A stretch of 32,000 nucleotides of DNA from the NCBI RefSeq assembly GCF_009831105.1, contig NZ_WUUQ01000002.1:210001-242000 (forward strand), given 5' to 3'. The position numbers were made by a program, and so were the translations under genes. This document shows positions 1-7,649 of the stretch, in pieces (the stretch's first letter is position 1; the number at the start of each line of letters is the position of its first letter). Under the pieces are notes generated by a model, which made no database searches, had not been told where the DNA came from, and saw only the letters and a list, made by a program, of their open reading frames with translations. This stretch comes from Copranaerobaculum intestinale. GTDB lineage: Bacteria; Bacillota_I; Bacilli_A; Erysipelotrichales; Erysipelotrichaceae.

Positions 1-2
1 GA

Positions 3-341
3 TTGGCTGTCGATGGCGTGATCGGATCACAGACATGGGATTCTTTAGTAGATAAACTGCGCGATATGGGCGTGGTAACGAATATTCCGGTTGTCAGTCC
101 TACGTTTTTCTTAGGCGCTGGAAACAGCGGTCTGGATGTATTCAAAATGCAGGAATACCTGAATGAATTATCCGCAGTCAATCCATGTCTGCGTCCGGTA
201 CCTGTAGATGGTAACTTTGGCAACCGTACGATTGCGACGGTTTCTCAGTTTCAGTACCTGTATGGATTAACTATTGACGGACGCATCGGCAAGGCGACTT
301 GGGATGCCATAGTCAATGAGCGAAATAAAATCAAAGCGTAA
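3..341 (+). CDS. C-terminal fragment of a peptidoglycan-binding (PG_binding_1 repeat) protein; the 5' end lies outside the window
   Basis: The frame is open from the window edge to TAA at 339-341. It has two PG_binding_1-like repeats (DGVIGSQTWDSLV and DGNFGNRTIATVSQFQ..LTIDGRIGKATWDAIV). A strong hairpin terminator follows. Confidence 0.75.
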   Translation: MAVDGVIGSQTWDSLVDKLRDMGVVTNIPVVSPTFFLGAGNSGLDVFKMQEYLNELSAVNPCLRPVPVDGNFGNRTIATVSQFQYLYGLTIDGRIGKATWDAIVNERNKIKA

Positions 342-371
342 AAAAGCTGAGTGGTATTCTCAGCTTTTTTT
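340..371. terminator. Rho-independent terminator, potentially bidirectional
   Basis: A perfect 7-bp stem, AGCTGAG (345-351) with CTCAGCT (359-365), is preceded by an A-run and followed by a T-run. It lies between convergent genes. Confidence 0.8.
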
Positions 372-474
372 AATTGATTAGGTATAGCCAAACGCTGAAT
401 GCTTTAAAGCTTTTAAACGTCGTTTCCTGTGCGTTTATGAGTCATTTTTTTGTAAACGGAATGTCTTTGCTTTT

Positions 475-1386
475 TTACAGCTGCGGAAACAGAAATAGTA
501 AAGCTTTTTGATCAATTGTGATTTTTGGATTCTGCAGGTTTTCAATTTCACCGTCGATATTCATGATCAGCTTGTCATCCGCAAGCAGCTCCACTTCCTT
601 GCAGCGGCGGAATGTCACAATATCGGGGTAGTCCAGATGCTGACCGCGCTTGTAGATATTTACCAGCTGAAGGACTTTCATGCGGGATACGCGCTTTACG
701 CAGATGAAGTCCAGCATACCGTCCTGCACATCGGCTTTGGGAGCGGCTCGATAACCGCCGCCATAGTACTGGGCATTGGCGATCACGGCGAAGATGTAAT
801 TATCTTTTGGGAAAAGCTCACCATCCACTTTGTAAGAGAAATAATTGTCCAAGGATGTAAAAAAACAGTAACCAAGGGAAAGATTATACGCAGCCGGTCC
901 GTTTACCAGGGGCAGGTTTTTAAACTTCATCACATTTTTCGCAATCGCGCTGTCCAAGCCGGTAGAAATCAGATTGATGCTGATCGTATCACCCATGCGC
1001 ATCAAATCTATAACTTCTTCATGGGCAAACAGTTGTTTTTCGATATCCAGGAAATCACTGGTTTGATATTGATCAAAGCTTTTGATAAAATCATTGCCGG
1101 TGCCAATCGGCATAATACCAACTGCACAGTGAGGATGACCGTAAGCTCCATTTACTACTTCACCGAGGGTACCGTCACCGCCGCATGCATAAAAACGCAG
1201 GCGTTCTGTATGAGCCTGTGCCATTTTTCTTGTAAAGGTTGTTGCTTCACCGATTCCCTCGGTGATGTGGATTATCAGATCACGAAGCAGTCCATGCTTC
1301 TGAAAGACTGCCGTGATTTCTTCGCTGAGCTGATGGGAGCGATCCACTTTGCCAGCGGTAGGATTTATGATAAATATATATTTCAT
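475..1386 (-). CDS. Diacylglycerol/lipid kinase family protein (DagK/YegS/BmrU type)
   Basis: 303-aa ORF. The N-terminus MKYIFIINPTAGK and the GGDGTLGEVVNG motif are typical of the DAGK catalytic domain. The length matches Gram-positive DagK. Confidence 0.85.
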   Translation of the reverse strand: MKYIFIINPTAGKVDRSHQLSEEITAVFQKHGLLRDLIIHITEGIGEATTFTRKMAQAHTERLRFYACGGDGTLGEVVNGAYGHPHCAVGIMPIGTGNDFIKSFDQYQTSDFLDIEKQLFAHEEVIDLMRMGDTISINLISTGLDSAIAKNVMKFKNLPLVNGPAAYNLSLGYCFFTSLDNYFSYKVDGELFPKDNYIFAVIANAQYYGGGYRAAPKADVQDGMLDFICVKRVSRMKVLQLVNIYKRGQHLDYPDIVTFRRCKEVELLADDKLIMNIDGEIENLQNPKITIDQKALLFLFPQL

Positions 1387-1451
1387 GAAAAAAGTATACC
1401 ATAAATCTGCCGCAGTGAAAGCTTTTCTAAGCAGCTAATTGACAATTCTCC

Positions 1452-1481
1452 TTGCTTTTTTTTAAGAATCATCGCTATAAT
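1452..1481 (+). promoter_or_regulatory. Putative sigma-A promoter of the nitroreductase gene
   Basis: TTGCTT (1452-1457), an 18-nt spacer, then TATAAT (1476-1481). A transcript from here would exclude the ATG at 1480 and favours the ATG at 1507. Confidence 0.45.
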
Positions 1482-1506
1482 GAGAAAAAATGAAAGGAAG
1501 GATCGT

Positions 1507-2349
1507 ATGGAAGCAAAAGTATTAGAGGTTTTAAAGCATCGCAGCAGTGTTCGCAGCTTTACTGACGAACCGATCCCAGAAGCTGTTTTTCATGATATTT
1601 TGGACTGCGGAGTACATGCTGCGAGTGCCGGTAATCTGCAGCCGTTTTCAATCATTCGCTTGTCAACACCCGCGGATAAGAAATTTCTAACCGAAACCTG
1701 TCACATGCAGGGGTTTGTTAAAAAGGCAGCGGAGAATTTGTTGTTCTGCATCGACTTTCACCGTCTGAAACAATGGGCGATGGTAAATAAGGCGCCGTTT
1801 GCGGCTAATCACAGCTACAATCATTTTTGGGTGATCTTTCAGGATGTCGTTATTTGCGCGCAGACGATTGAAACTGCAGCCAATGCCTATGGGATCGGTT
1901 CATGCTATATCGGCACGACCATGGAAAGCAATGATGAGATCATTGATTACTGTCAGCTGCCGGAAGGTGTATTCCCAGTCGTTTTGCTCACCATGGGCTA
2001 TCCGCTTCAGGAACGCACGATAAATGATAAGCTTCAGGTGGAAGATGTTCTGCACTCCAGTCATTATCATACATACAGCGATGAGGAAATCAAAACGATG
2101 TATCAAAAGAAATACGGAGAGATTCAGATGCCCCTGAATGACCGAACAAAAAATAAGGTCTATCAAACCGCCAAAAAGGTAAATGGGGATGCGTATGCTG
2201 AAGAATGTCTGAAAGAAATGGAAGACAATGGCTATGTGAACTATGCCCAGTATCGCTTTGGTCTGCATTATGTGGCGGATGAAATGCTGGAGGGGCGTGA
2301 AACCTTTATTCAGGCACTGCATCGGCAGGGAATTGACTGGATTCAGTAA
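1507..2349 (+). CDS. Nitroreductase family protein with a roughly 100-aa C-terminal extension
   Basis: The ORF track starts at 1480, but GAAAGGAAGG sits just upstream of the ATG at 1507. The motifs LKHRSSVRSF and AASAGNLQPF are characteristic of FMN nitroreductases. Confidence 0.8.
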   Translation: MEAKVLEVLKHRSSVRSFTDEPIPEAVFHDILDCGVHAASAGNLQPFSIIRLSTPADKKFLTETCHMQGFVKKAAENLLFCIDFHRLKQWAMVNKAPFAANHSYNHFWVIFQDVVICAQTIETAANAYGIGSCYIGTTMESNDEIIDYCQLPEGVFPVVLLTMGYPLQERTINDKLQVEDVLHSSHYHTYSDEEIKTMYQKKYGEIQMPLNDRTKNKVYQTAKKVNGDAYAEECLKEMEDNGYVNYAQYRFGLHYVADEMLEGRETFIQALHRQGIDWIQ

Positions 2350-2380
2350 GATGGAAAAGATTGGATTTCCATCTTTTTTT
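2349..2380 (+). terminator. Rho-independent terminator
   Basis: A 9-bp stem, AGATGGAAA (2349-2357) with TTTCCATCT (2366-2374), is followed by a T7 run. Confidence 0.85.
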
Positions 2381-2494
2381 ATGCAATGGTCATGAGAGGA
2401 AAACAATTTCATAAAATTGTATGAAAGATATTTACAACTAAATGAACAATGTTACACTTCTTACAGAAAAACCGAAAATAATTTACATTAAGTC

Positions 2495-2531
2495 TTGAAA
2501 GTGTGTGAAAATTGTTGTATTCTAAATACAA
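2495..2531 (+). promoter_or_regulatory. Putative promoter of the peptide locus with an overlapping palindromic operator
   Basis: TTGAAA (2495-2500), a 17-nt spacer, then TATTCT (2518-2523). The perfect inverted repeat TTGTATT-cta-AATACAA (2515-2531) covers the -10 element. Confidence 0.5.
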
Positions 2532-2560
2532 ATTTGTAAGGAAGGAAAGGGACGAAGGAT

Positions 2561-3754
2561 ATGGCATTTTATAAAGATAAGCTGCAAACAGCATATGATA
2601 CGATGAAAAAAGAAAATATCGATATGTGGATCGTCGCCGGACAGGAATCGGCTACCAACAGTGAACCGATTCTGCCGATCATCAGTGATCATGAATTTAT
2701 TGGAGAAACGGCCTTGATCTTCATGAAGAACGGAAAAGCGAAAACCGTTTGTACCCCAATTGATAAGAATGGGTATGTTAATGCTGGTGTGTTTGAGGAA
2801 GTTATTGATTTCCCGGTATCCTTCGATCAGAGCGTAGCGGATGTCATCAAGGATGTGAAGCCGCAGGTAATCGCATTGGATTTCAGCGAAAATGATCCGA
2901 GCAGCGATGGACTGACGGCTGGAACTTATCTGCATTTGATGGAATCCTTCAAGCTGGCAGACTTTCAGGGGAAGGTTGTCAGTGCGAAACCGATCGTGAA
3001 TCGGGTAAGGGGTATCAAGTCTTCGCGAGAGCTTGATAAGATCAGAAAGGCTTGTGCTGCAGCGGAAGAAATTTTCCGTAAAGCAGCGGATGTTATCCGT
3101 GATGGTGTAAATTGTCAGGATGTATATGCATTCTTCCAAAAGGAAACGGATGATCATGGCTATGGATATGCCTGGTCCAAAAGCTGTAATCCCGGAGTAT
3201 TCAGTGGTCCTGGCTGCCCGGCCGGGCATATGGGAGCACCGGATGTTGTAATTCGCAAGGGACATGTTGTCAACATTGACTTTGGAGTCAAGGTAGATGG
3301 ATACAGCTGTGATCTGCAGCGTATGTATTATGTATTAAGGGATGATGAAACCGATGCACCAGAGGATATTAAATTCGCGTTTTATACAGAGCGTGACGGC
3401 ATTGCCGCTACAGCGAAGTATATGACGCCGGGGAAGACCGGATTAGAAGTAGACACCTTCTGCCGAGAAACGATAACCTCAAAGGGATTCGCAGAATGGG
3501 GATGTGCGACCGGTCATCAGATGGGCATGGAAGCCCACGACGGCGGTTCAATTCTCGGCCCTCAAAAACCCCGTTATAATCGTGACGATCTGATTCGAGT
3601 GCCAATCGAAGCTGGCAATGTGTTCACGATCGAGCCGGGCATTGAGTGCAGCGGTGGTCATTTGGGAATGGAAGAGGATGTTGTGGTGCGTGAACAGGGA
3701 GCGGAATTCTTAACACCGCCGCAGCAGGAACTGATCTTAATCAGGTCAAAATAA
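2561..3754 (+). CDS. M24 family metallopeptidase (Xaa-Pro peptidase/creatinase fold), paralog 1
   Basis: 397 aa. Candidate pita-bread metal ligands are present: NIDFG..CDLQR (D,D), GHQMG (H), TIEPG (E), MEEDV (E). The layout matches the ORF at 9365 throughout. Confidence 0.85.
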   Translation: MAFYKDKLQTAYDTMKKENIDMWIVAGQESATNSEPILPIISDHEFIGETALIFMKNGKAKTVCTPIDKNGYVNAGVFEEVIDFPVSFDQSVADVIKDVKPQVIALDFSENDPSSDGLTAGTYLHLMESFKLADFQGKVVSAKPIVNRVRGIKSSRELDKIRKACAAAEEIFRKAADVIRDGVNCQDVYAFFQKETDDHGYGYAWSKSCNPGVFSGPGCPAGHMGAPDVVIRKGHVVNIDFGVKVDGYSCDLQRMYYVLRDDETDAPEDIKFAFYTERDGIAATAKYMTPGKTGLEVDTFCRETITSKGFAEWGCATGHQMGMEAHDGGSILGPQKPRYNRDDLIRVPIEAGNVFTIEPGIECSGGHLGMEEDVVVREQGAEFLTPPQQELILIRSK

Positions 3755-3770
3755 GAGAGGAAGAGGAACG

Positions 3771-4694
3771 ATGGTCAAATATATTGGAAAGAGGTTGCTG
3801 TTAGGTATCTTCACCCTGTTTATCCTGGCAACGATTACCTTCTTTATGTCAAAGGCAATGCCGGGTTCTCCGTTTGCCGGCGATACACAGAGAATGAGTC
3901 AGGATCAGTTGGATGCCCTGAATGAAAAGTACGGTTTGGACAGACCGATCGGTGAACAATATGTCACCTATATGTCCAATGCGATTCACGGTGATTTTGG
4001 AGAATCACTTACTCGCCGGGGTACACCGGTGAATGAAATTATCGCAACCAGCATGCCGGTTACTGTTAAACTGGGATTAACCGCTGTTGTTATCGCTTTG
4101 GTCGTCGGTATCGGTCTTGGTACCGCTGCCGCGTTGTCTAAACATAAATGGGTAAACAATGTCGTCATGTTTATATCGACAATCGGTGTCAGTCTGCCGA
4201 GCTTCTTGTTTGCGCTGCTGTTATTATTGTTTGTCGGTGTGTATCTGCGGCTGTTGCCGACGGTCGGCTTGGATACCCCATTGCATTATATTATGCCGGC
4301 TTTCTCCTTGGCCCTGTATCCGATCTCGATGATCTCACGATTGACGCGTTCTTCGCTGATTGAGGTTATGAAGCAGGATTATATGGTACTGGCGAAATCA
4401 AAGGGAAGCTCTTCGAAAACAATTATCTTCAAGCATGCGCTGAAAAATGCAATGCTTCCGGTTATCACGTATGCCGGTCCGATGATTGCCTTCATGATGA
4501 CAGGCAGCTTCATCGTAGAATCCTTATTCTCGATTCCGGGAATTGGACGTGAGTTTGTATCCAGTATTTCAACCCGTGATTATTCAATGATTATGGCGGT
4601 TACTATTTTCTTAGGGGCGCTGATGATTGTTTTGAATATTCTTTCTGATATTGTGAACGCGTTCATTGATCCGCGTATCAAGTTGGGCGATTAG
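3771..4694 (+). CDS. Oligopeptide/dipeptide ABC transporter permease (OppB/DppB type)
   Basis: 307 aa, multi-TM. The N-terminus MVKYIGKRLL, an EAA-loop region (MVLAKSKGSS..IIFKHALKNA) and the C-terminus DPRIK are typical of this family. Confidence 0.9.
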   Translation: MVKYIGKRLLLGIFTLFILATITFFMSKAMPGSPFAGDTQRMSQDQLDALNEKYGLDRPIGEQYVTYMSNAIHGDFGESLTRRGTPVNEIIATSMPVTVKLGLTAVVIALVVGIGLGTAAALSKHKWVNNVVMFISTIGVSLPSFLFALLLLLFVGVYLRLLPTVGLDTPLHYIMPAFSLALYPISMISRLTRSSLIEVMKQDYMVLAKSKGSSSKTIIFKHALKNAMLPVITYAGPMIAFMMTGSFIVESLFSIPGIGREFVSSISTRDYSMIMAVTIFLGALMIVLNILSDIVNAFIDPRIKLGD

Positions 4695-4706
4695 GAGGTC
4701 GATAAC

Positions 4707-5636
4707 ATGATGGATGAAAATGTAAAACTGACACCCGATATGTTTGAAAAGCTTCCTGATTCAGAAAAAAATAATGAACAGATCGCTGTTGAAGCAAAAA
4801 CATATCTCCAGGATGCCTGGAACCGATTTAAAAAGAATAAACTTGCTTTGATCGGACTGGTCTTTTTGACCATAATGATTCTGTATGCTATTTTAGGGCC
4901 GATTCTGTCACAGTATTCCTATGATCAGCAGAATTTGAATCTGCAGCATCAGCTGCCGAGTGCCGCGCATTGGTTTGGTACTGATAAATTCGGCCGTGAT
5001 ATCTTCGTTAGAGTTGCCTATGGTGCTCGTATCTCATTAGCTATCGGTTTCTCCGCAGCCGCGATCAACCTGCTGATCGGTATCACTTATGGTGGGATTG
5101 CCGGCTACTTCGGCGGTAAGGTGGATATGCTGATGATGCGCTTTGTCGATATTATCTATTCCATGCCGGATATGCTGTATGTCATCCTGATCATGCTGAT
5201 TCTGGGTGATAATCCGTTCTTAGCGATCATTATCGGTATTTCCATTACCGCATGGGTAAATATGGCCAGACAGGTGCGAACGCAGGTTATGACGCTGAAG
5301 CAGCAGGAATTCTCATTGGCTGCCTTTGTCCTTGGAGCCAGTCGTAAACGTATCTTATTTAAGCATTTGATTATCAACTGTATGGGACCAATCATCGTAT
5401 CGGTTACGCTGATGGTGCCGTCCGCAATCTTCACCGAAGCATTCCTGAGCTTTGTAGGCATTGGTATCAATGCACCGCAGGCTTCCTGGGGTACTTTGGC
5501 GAATGAAGCAAGACAGCTGCTGGAACGCTACCCGATTGAAACGATCTGGCCGTTAGCCGCTATCTGTCTCACGATGTTATCACTGAACTTTATCGGTGAT
5601 GGTCTGGGCGACGCGCTCGACCCGAAGAAGAAATAG
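4707..5636 (+). CDS. Oligopeptide/dipeptide ABC transporter permease (OppC/DppC type)
   Basis: 309 aa. AGGAGG lies 8 nt upstream of the ATG. The motifs HWFGTDKFGRDIF and GDGLGDALDPKK are typical of OppC/DppC. Confidence 0.9.
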   Translation: MMDENVKLTPDMFEKLPDSEKNNEQIAVEAKTYLQDAWNRFKKNKLALIGLVFLTIMILYAILGPILSQYSYDQQNLNLQHQLPSAAHWFGTDKFGRDIFVRVAYGARISLAIGFSAAAINLLIGITYGGIAGYFGGKVDMLMMRFVDIIYSMPDMLYVILIMLILGDNPFLAIIIGISITAWVNMARQVRTQVMTLKQQEFSLAAFVLGASRKRILFKHLIINCMGPIIVSVTLMVPSAIFTEAFLSFVGIGINAPQASWGTLANEARQLLERYPIETIWPLAAICLTMLSLNFIGDGLGDALDPKKK

Positions 5637-5652
5637 GGAGGGCGTAAGAAAG

Positions 5653-6666
5653 ATGAAGAATATTTTAGAAATCAGGAATCTGCAGACGGAATTCTCAACC
5701 GAGCAGGGCGCGGTGCAGGCGGTACGCGGTGTATCGATTACCCTTGGTGAAAAAGAAGTGCTGGGTATTGTCGGTGAATCCGGCTCCGGCAAAAGTCAGA
5801 CGATGTTCTCCGTTATGGGACTGCTGTCCGCTAACGGCAAAATCACTTCCGGTGAGATTCTCTTGAATGGTGAGGATATTTCTCCGTTGGCGTTCACGAG
5901 TGAAAAAGAATATGAAAAACGCATGGAAAAGCTTCGCGGCAATGATATGGCGATGATTTTCCAGGATCCGATGACCTTTTTGAATCCGGTTCTCAGAATT
6001 GATACACAGCTGATGGAACCGATCTTAAATCATACCAATCTCAGTAAAGAGGAGGCGCGTAAGCAGGCAATCGAGCTCATGCGCAAGGTCGGTATTCCTT
6101 CTCCGGAAAGCCGGATGAAGCAGTACCCGCATCAATTTTCCGGCGGTATGCGGCAGCGTATCATCATCGCGATGGCACTTGCCTGCAATCCGCAGGTGAT
6201 CATTGCCGATGAACCAACCACAGCGCTGGATGTTACCATTCAGGCGCAGGTGCTGGATCTCATCAGTAATCTGAAGCATGAAATCAATTCTTCCATCATC
6301 ATGATTACTCATGATCTGGGAGTGGTAGCCAGTATATGTGATCGCATTGCGATCATGTACGGCGGTAAGATCGTTGAGGTGGGAACCGATGAGGATATCT
6401 TCTATGATCCCAAGCATCCATATACGATCGGTCTGCTGAGCTGTGTACACAACCCGGAGGAGGAGAGTAAGGAATTAAAGCCGATCCCTGGCTCACCGCC
6501 GGATCTGCTGGATCCGCCAAAAGGCTGTCCGTTTGTGGATCGCTGTGAGAAAGCCATGAAGATTTGTAAGGAACAGATGCCTTCGGTAAGTGTATTCTCA
6601 AATACGCATGAATGCTCCTGCTGGCTGCATCACGAAATGGCCTTGAAGGGAGGTGACGTCAAATGA
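5653..6666 (+). CDS. Oligopeptide ABC transporter ATP-binding protein (OppD/DppD type)
   Basis: The start is trimmed to the ATG at 5653 (MKNILEIRNL), which follows GGGAGGG. It has Walker A GESGSGKS, signature FSGGMRQR, Walker B IIADEPTTALD and a Cys-rich C-terminal domain. Confidence 0.9.
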   Translation: MKNILEIRNLQTEFSTEQGAVQAVRGVSITLGEKEVLGIVGESGSGKSQTMFSVMGLLSANGKITSGEILLNGEDISPLAFTSEKEYEKRMEKLRGNDMAMIFQDPMTFLNPVLRIDTQLMEPILNHTNLSKEEARKQAIELMRKVGIPSPESRMKQYPHQFSGGMRQRIIIAMALACNPQVIIADEPTTALDVTIQAQVLDLISNLKHEINSSIIMITHDLGVVASICDRIAIMYGGKIVEVGTDEDIFYDPKHPYTIGLLSCVHNPEEESKELKPIPGSPPDLLDPPKGCPFVDRCEKAMKICKEQMPSVSVFSNTHECSCWLHHEMALKGGDVK

Positions 6667-7637
6667 GCGAAGAAATCTTGAAGGTTGAAGATCTGAAAAC
6701 TTATTTCGATGTTACCAAGGGGCTGTTATCTAAAAAACAGATCGTAAAAGCAGTTGACGGAGTAAGCTTCACGATTTATAAAAATGAAACCTTTGGACTG
6801 GTTGGTGAATCGGGATGCGGAAAGTCAACCCTGGGTCGGACAATCGTAAAAATTTACGATCCGACCGGCGGTAAGATTGAGTACAAGCAGAAAGATATTA
6901 CTAAGATCAAAGGAGCGGAATTAAAGCAGTTCCGCAAGTCGGTACAGATGATTTTCCAGGATCCGTATGCGTCCTTAAATTCTCGTATGACGGTAGGTGA
7001 AATTATCCGTGAACCGATGGAGATCCATCATATTTATGACACCAGTGAAGAACGCGATAATCGTGTTCGAGAGCTGCTCAACATAGTGGGCTTGAAGGCA
7101 GATCATATTCGCCGCTATCCGCATGAATTCTCAGGCGGCCAGCGTCAGCGTATCGGAATTGCCCGTACCCTAGCACTGAATCCGGATTTCATCGTCTGCG
7201 ATGAGCCGATTTCCGCCCTGGACGTGTCCATTCAGGCACAGGTTATCAACCTGTTGGAAAAGATTCAGAAGGAGATGGGAATTTCCTATCTGTTTATCGC
7301 CCATGATCTGAGTATGGTCAAGCATATATCAGATCGGATCGGTGTCATGTATTTAGGAAATCTGGTCGAGGTTGGTCCGAGTGATGATGTCTATCATAAC
7401 CCGCTGCATCCTTATACCAAGGCTTTGCTTTCAGCAGTGCCGGTGCCGGATCCTAAACTTGCGAAGAGCAAGAAACGCATCGTGCTGGAAGGTGAGCTTC
7501 CTAGCCCGATTAACCCTCCAAGCGGTTGCCGTTTCAGAACCCGCTGCCCGAATGCCACGGAAAGATGCGCTAAGGAGCGCCCAGGAATGGTTCAGGTAGG
7601 ACAGCGGCAGGTAGCCTGCTTCCTCTATGAAAAGTAA
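6663..7637 (+). CDS. Oligopeptide ABC transporter ATP-binding protein (OppF/DppF type)
   Basis: An ATGA overlap joins it to the preceding gene. It has Walker A GESGCGKST, signature FSGGQRQR, Walker B IVCDEPISALD and a Cys-rich C-terminal domain. Confidence 0.9.
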   Translation: MSEEILKVEDLKTYFDVTKGLLSKKQIVKAVDGVSFTIYKNETFGLVGESGCGKSTLGRTIVKIYDPTGGKIEYKQKDITKIKGAELKQFRKSVQMIFQDPYASLNSRMTVGEIIREPMEIHHIYDTSEERDNRVRELLNIVGLKADHIRRYPHEFSGGQRQRIGIARTLALNPDFIVCDEPISALDVSIQAQVINLLEKIQKEMGISYLFIAHDLSMVKHISDRIGVMYLGNLVEVGPSDDVYHNPLHPYTKALLSAVPVPDPKLAKSKKRIVLEGELPSPINPPSGCRFRTRCPNATERCAKERPGMVQVGQRQVACFLYEK

Positions 7638-7649
7638 AAAAAGGAAAGG

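Noticed and set aside
508-1404. A 298-aa ORF on the + strand, almost exactly co-extensive with the minus-strand lipid kinase gene
   Set aside because: The translation is low-complexity and rich in Ile, Phe, Lys and Cys, with no recognisable motif. It has no RBS and overlaps a gene with clear family signatures. Long open antisense frames arise when sense codons avoid TTA, CTA and TCA. The same reasoning applies to 2522-3265(-), 9713-10339(-), 22101-22661(-), 1900-2412(-) and the many 60-150-aa shadow ORFs in the track.
5596-5652. N-terminal extensions offered by the ORF track (5596, 10507, 17454, 19003, 23863, 29249, 1480, 9347, 14442, 23470)
   Set aside because: In each case the extension overlaps the upstream gene or a promoter/terminator, lacks an RBS, and reads as non-homologous junk (for example MMVWATRSTRRRNREGVRK). 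An internal ATG with a good Shine-Dalgarno sequence starts exactly where family homology begins.
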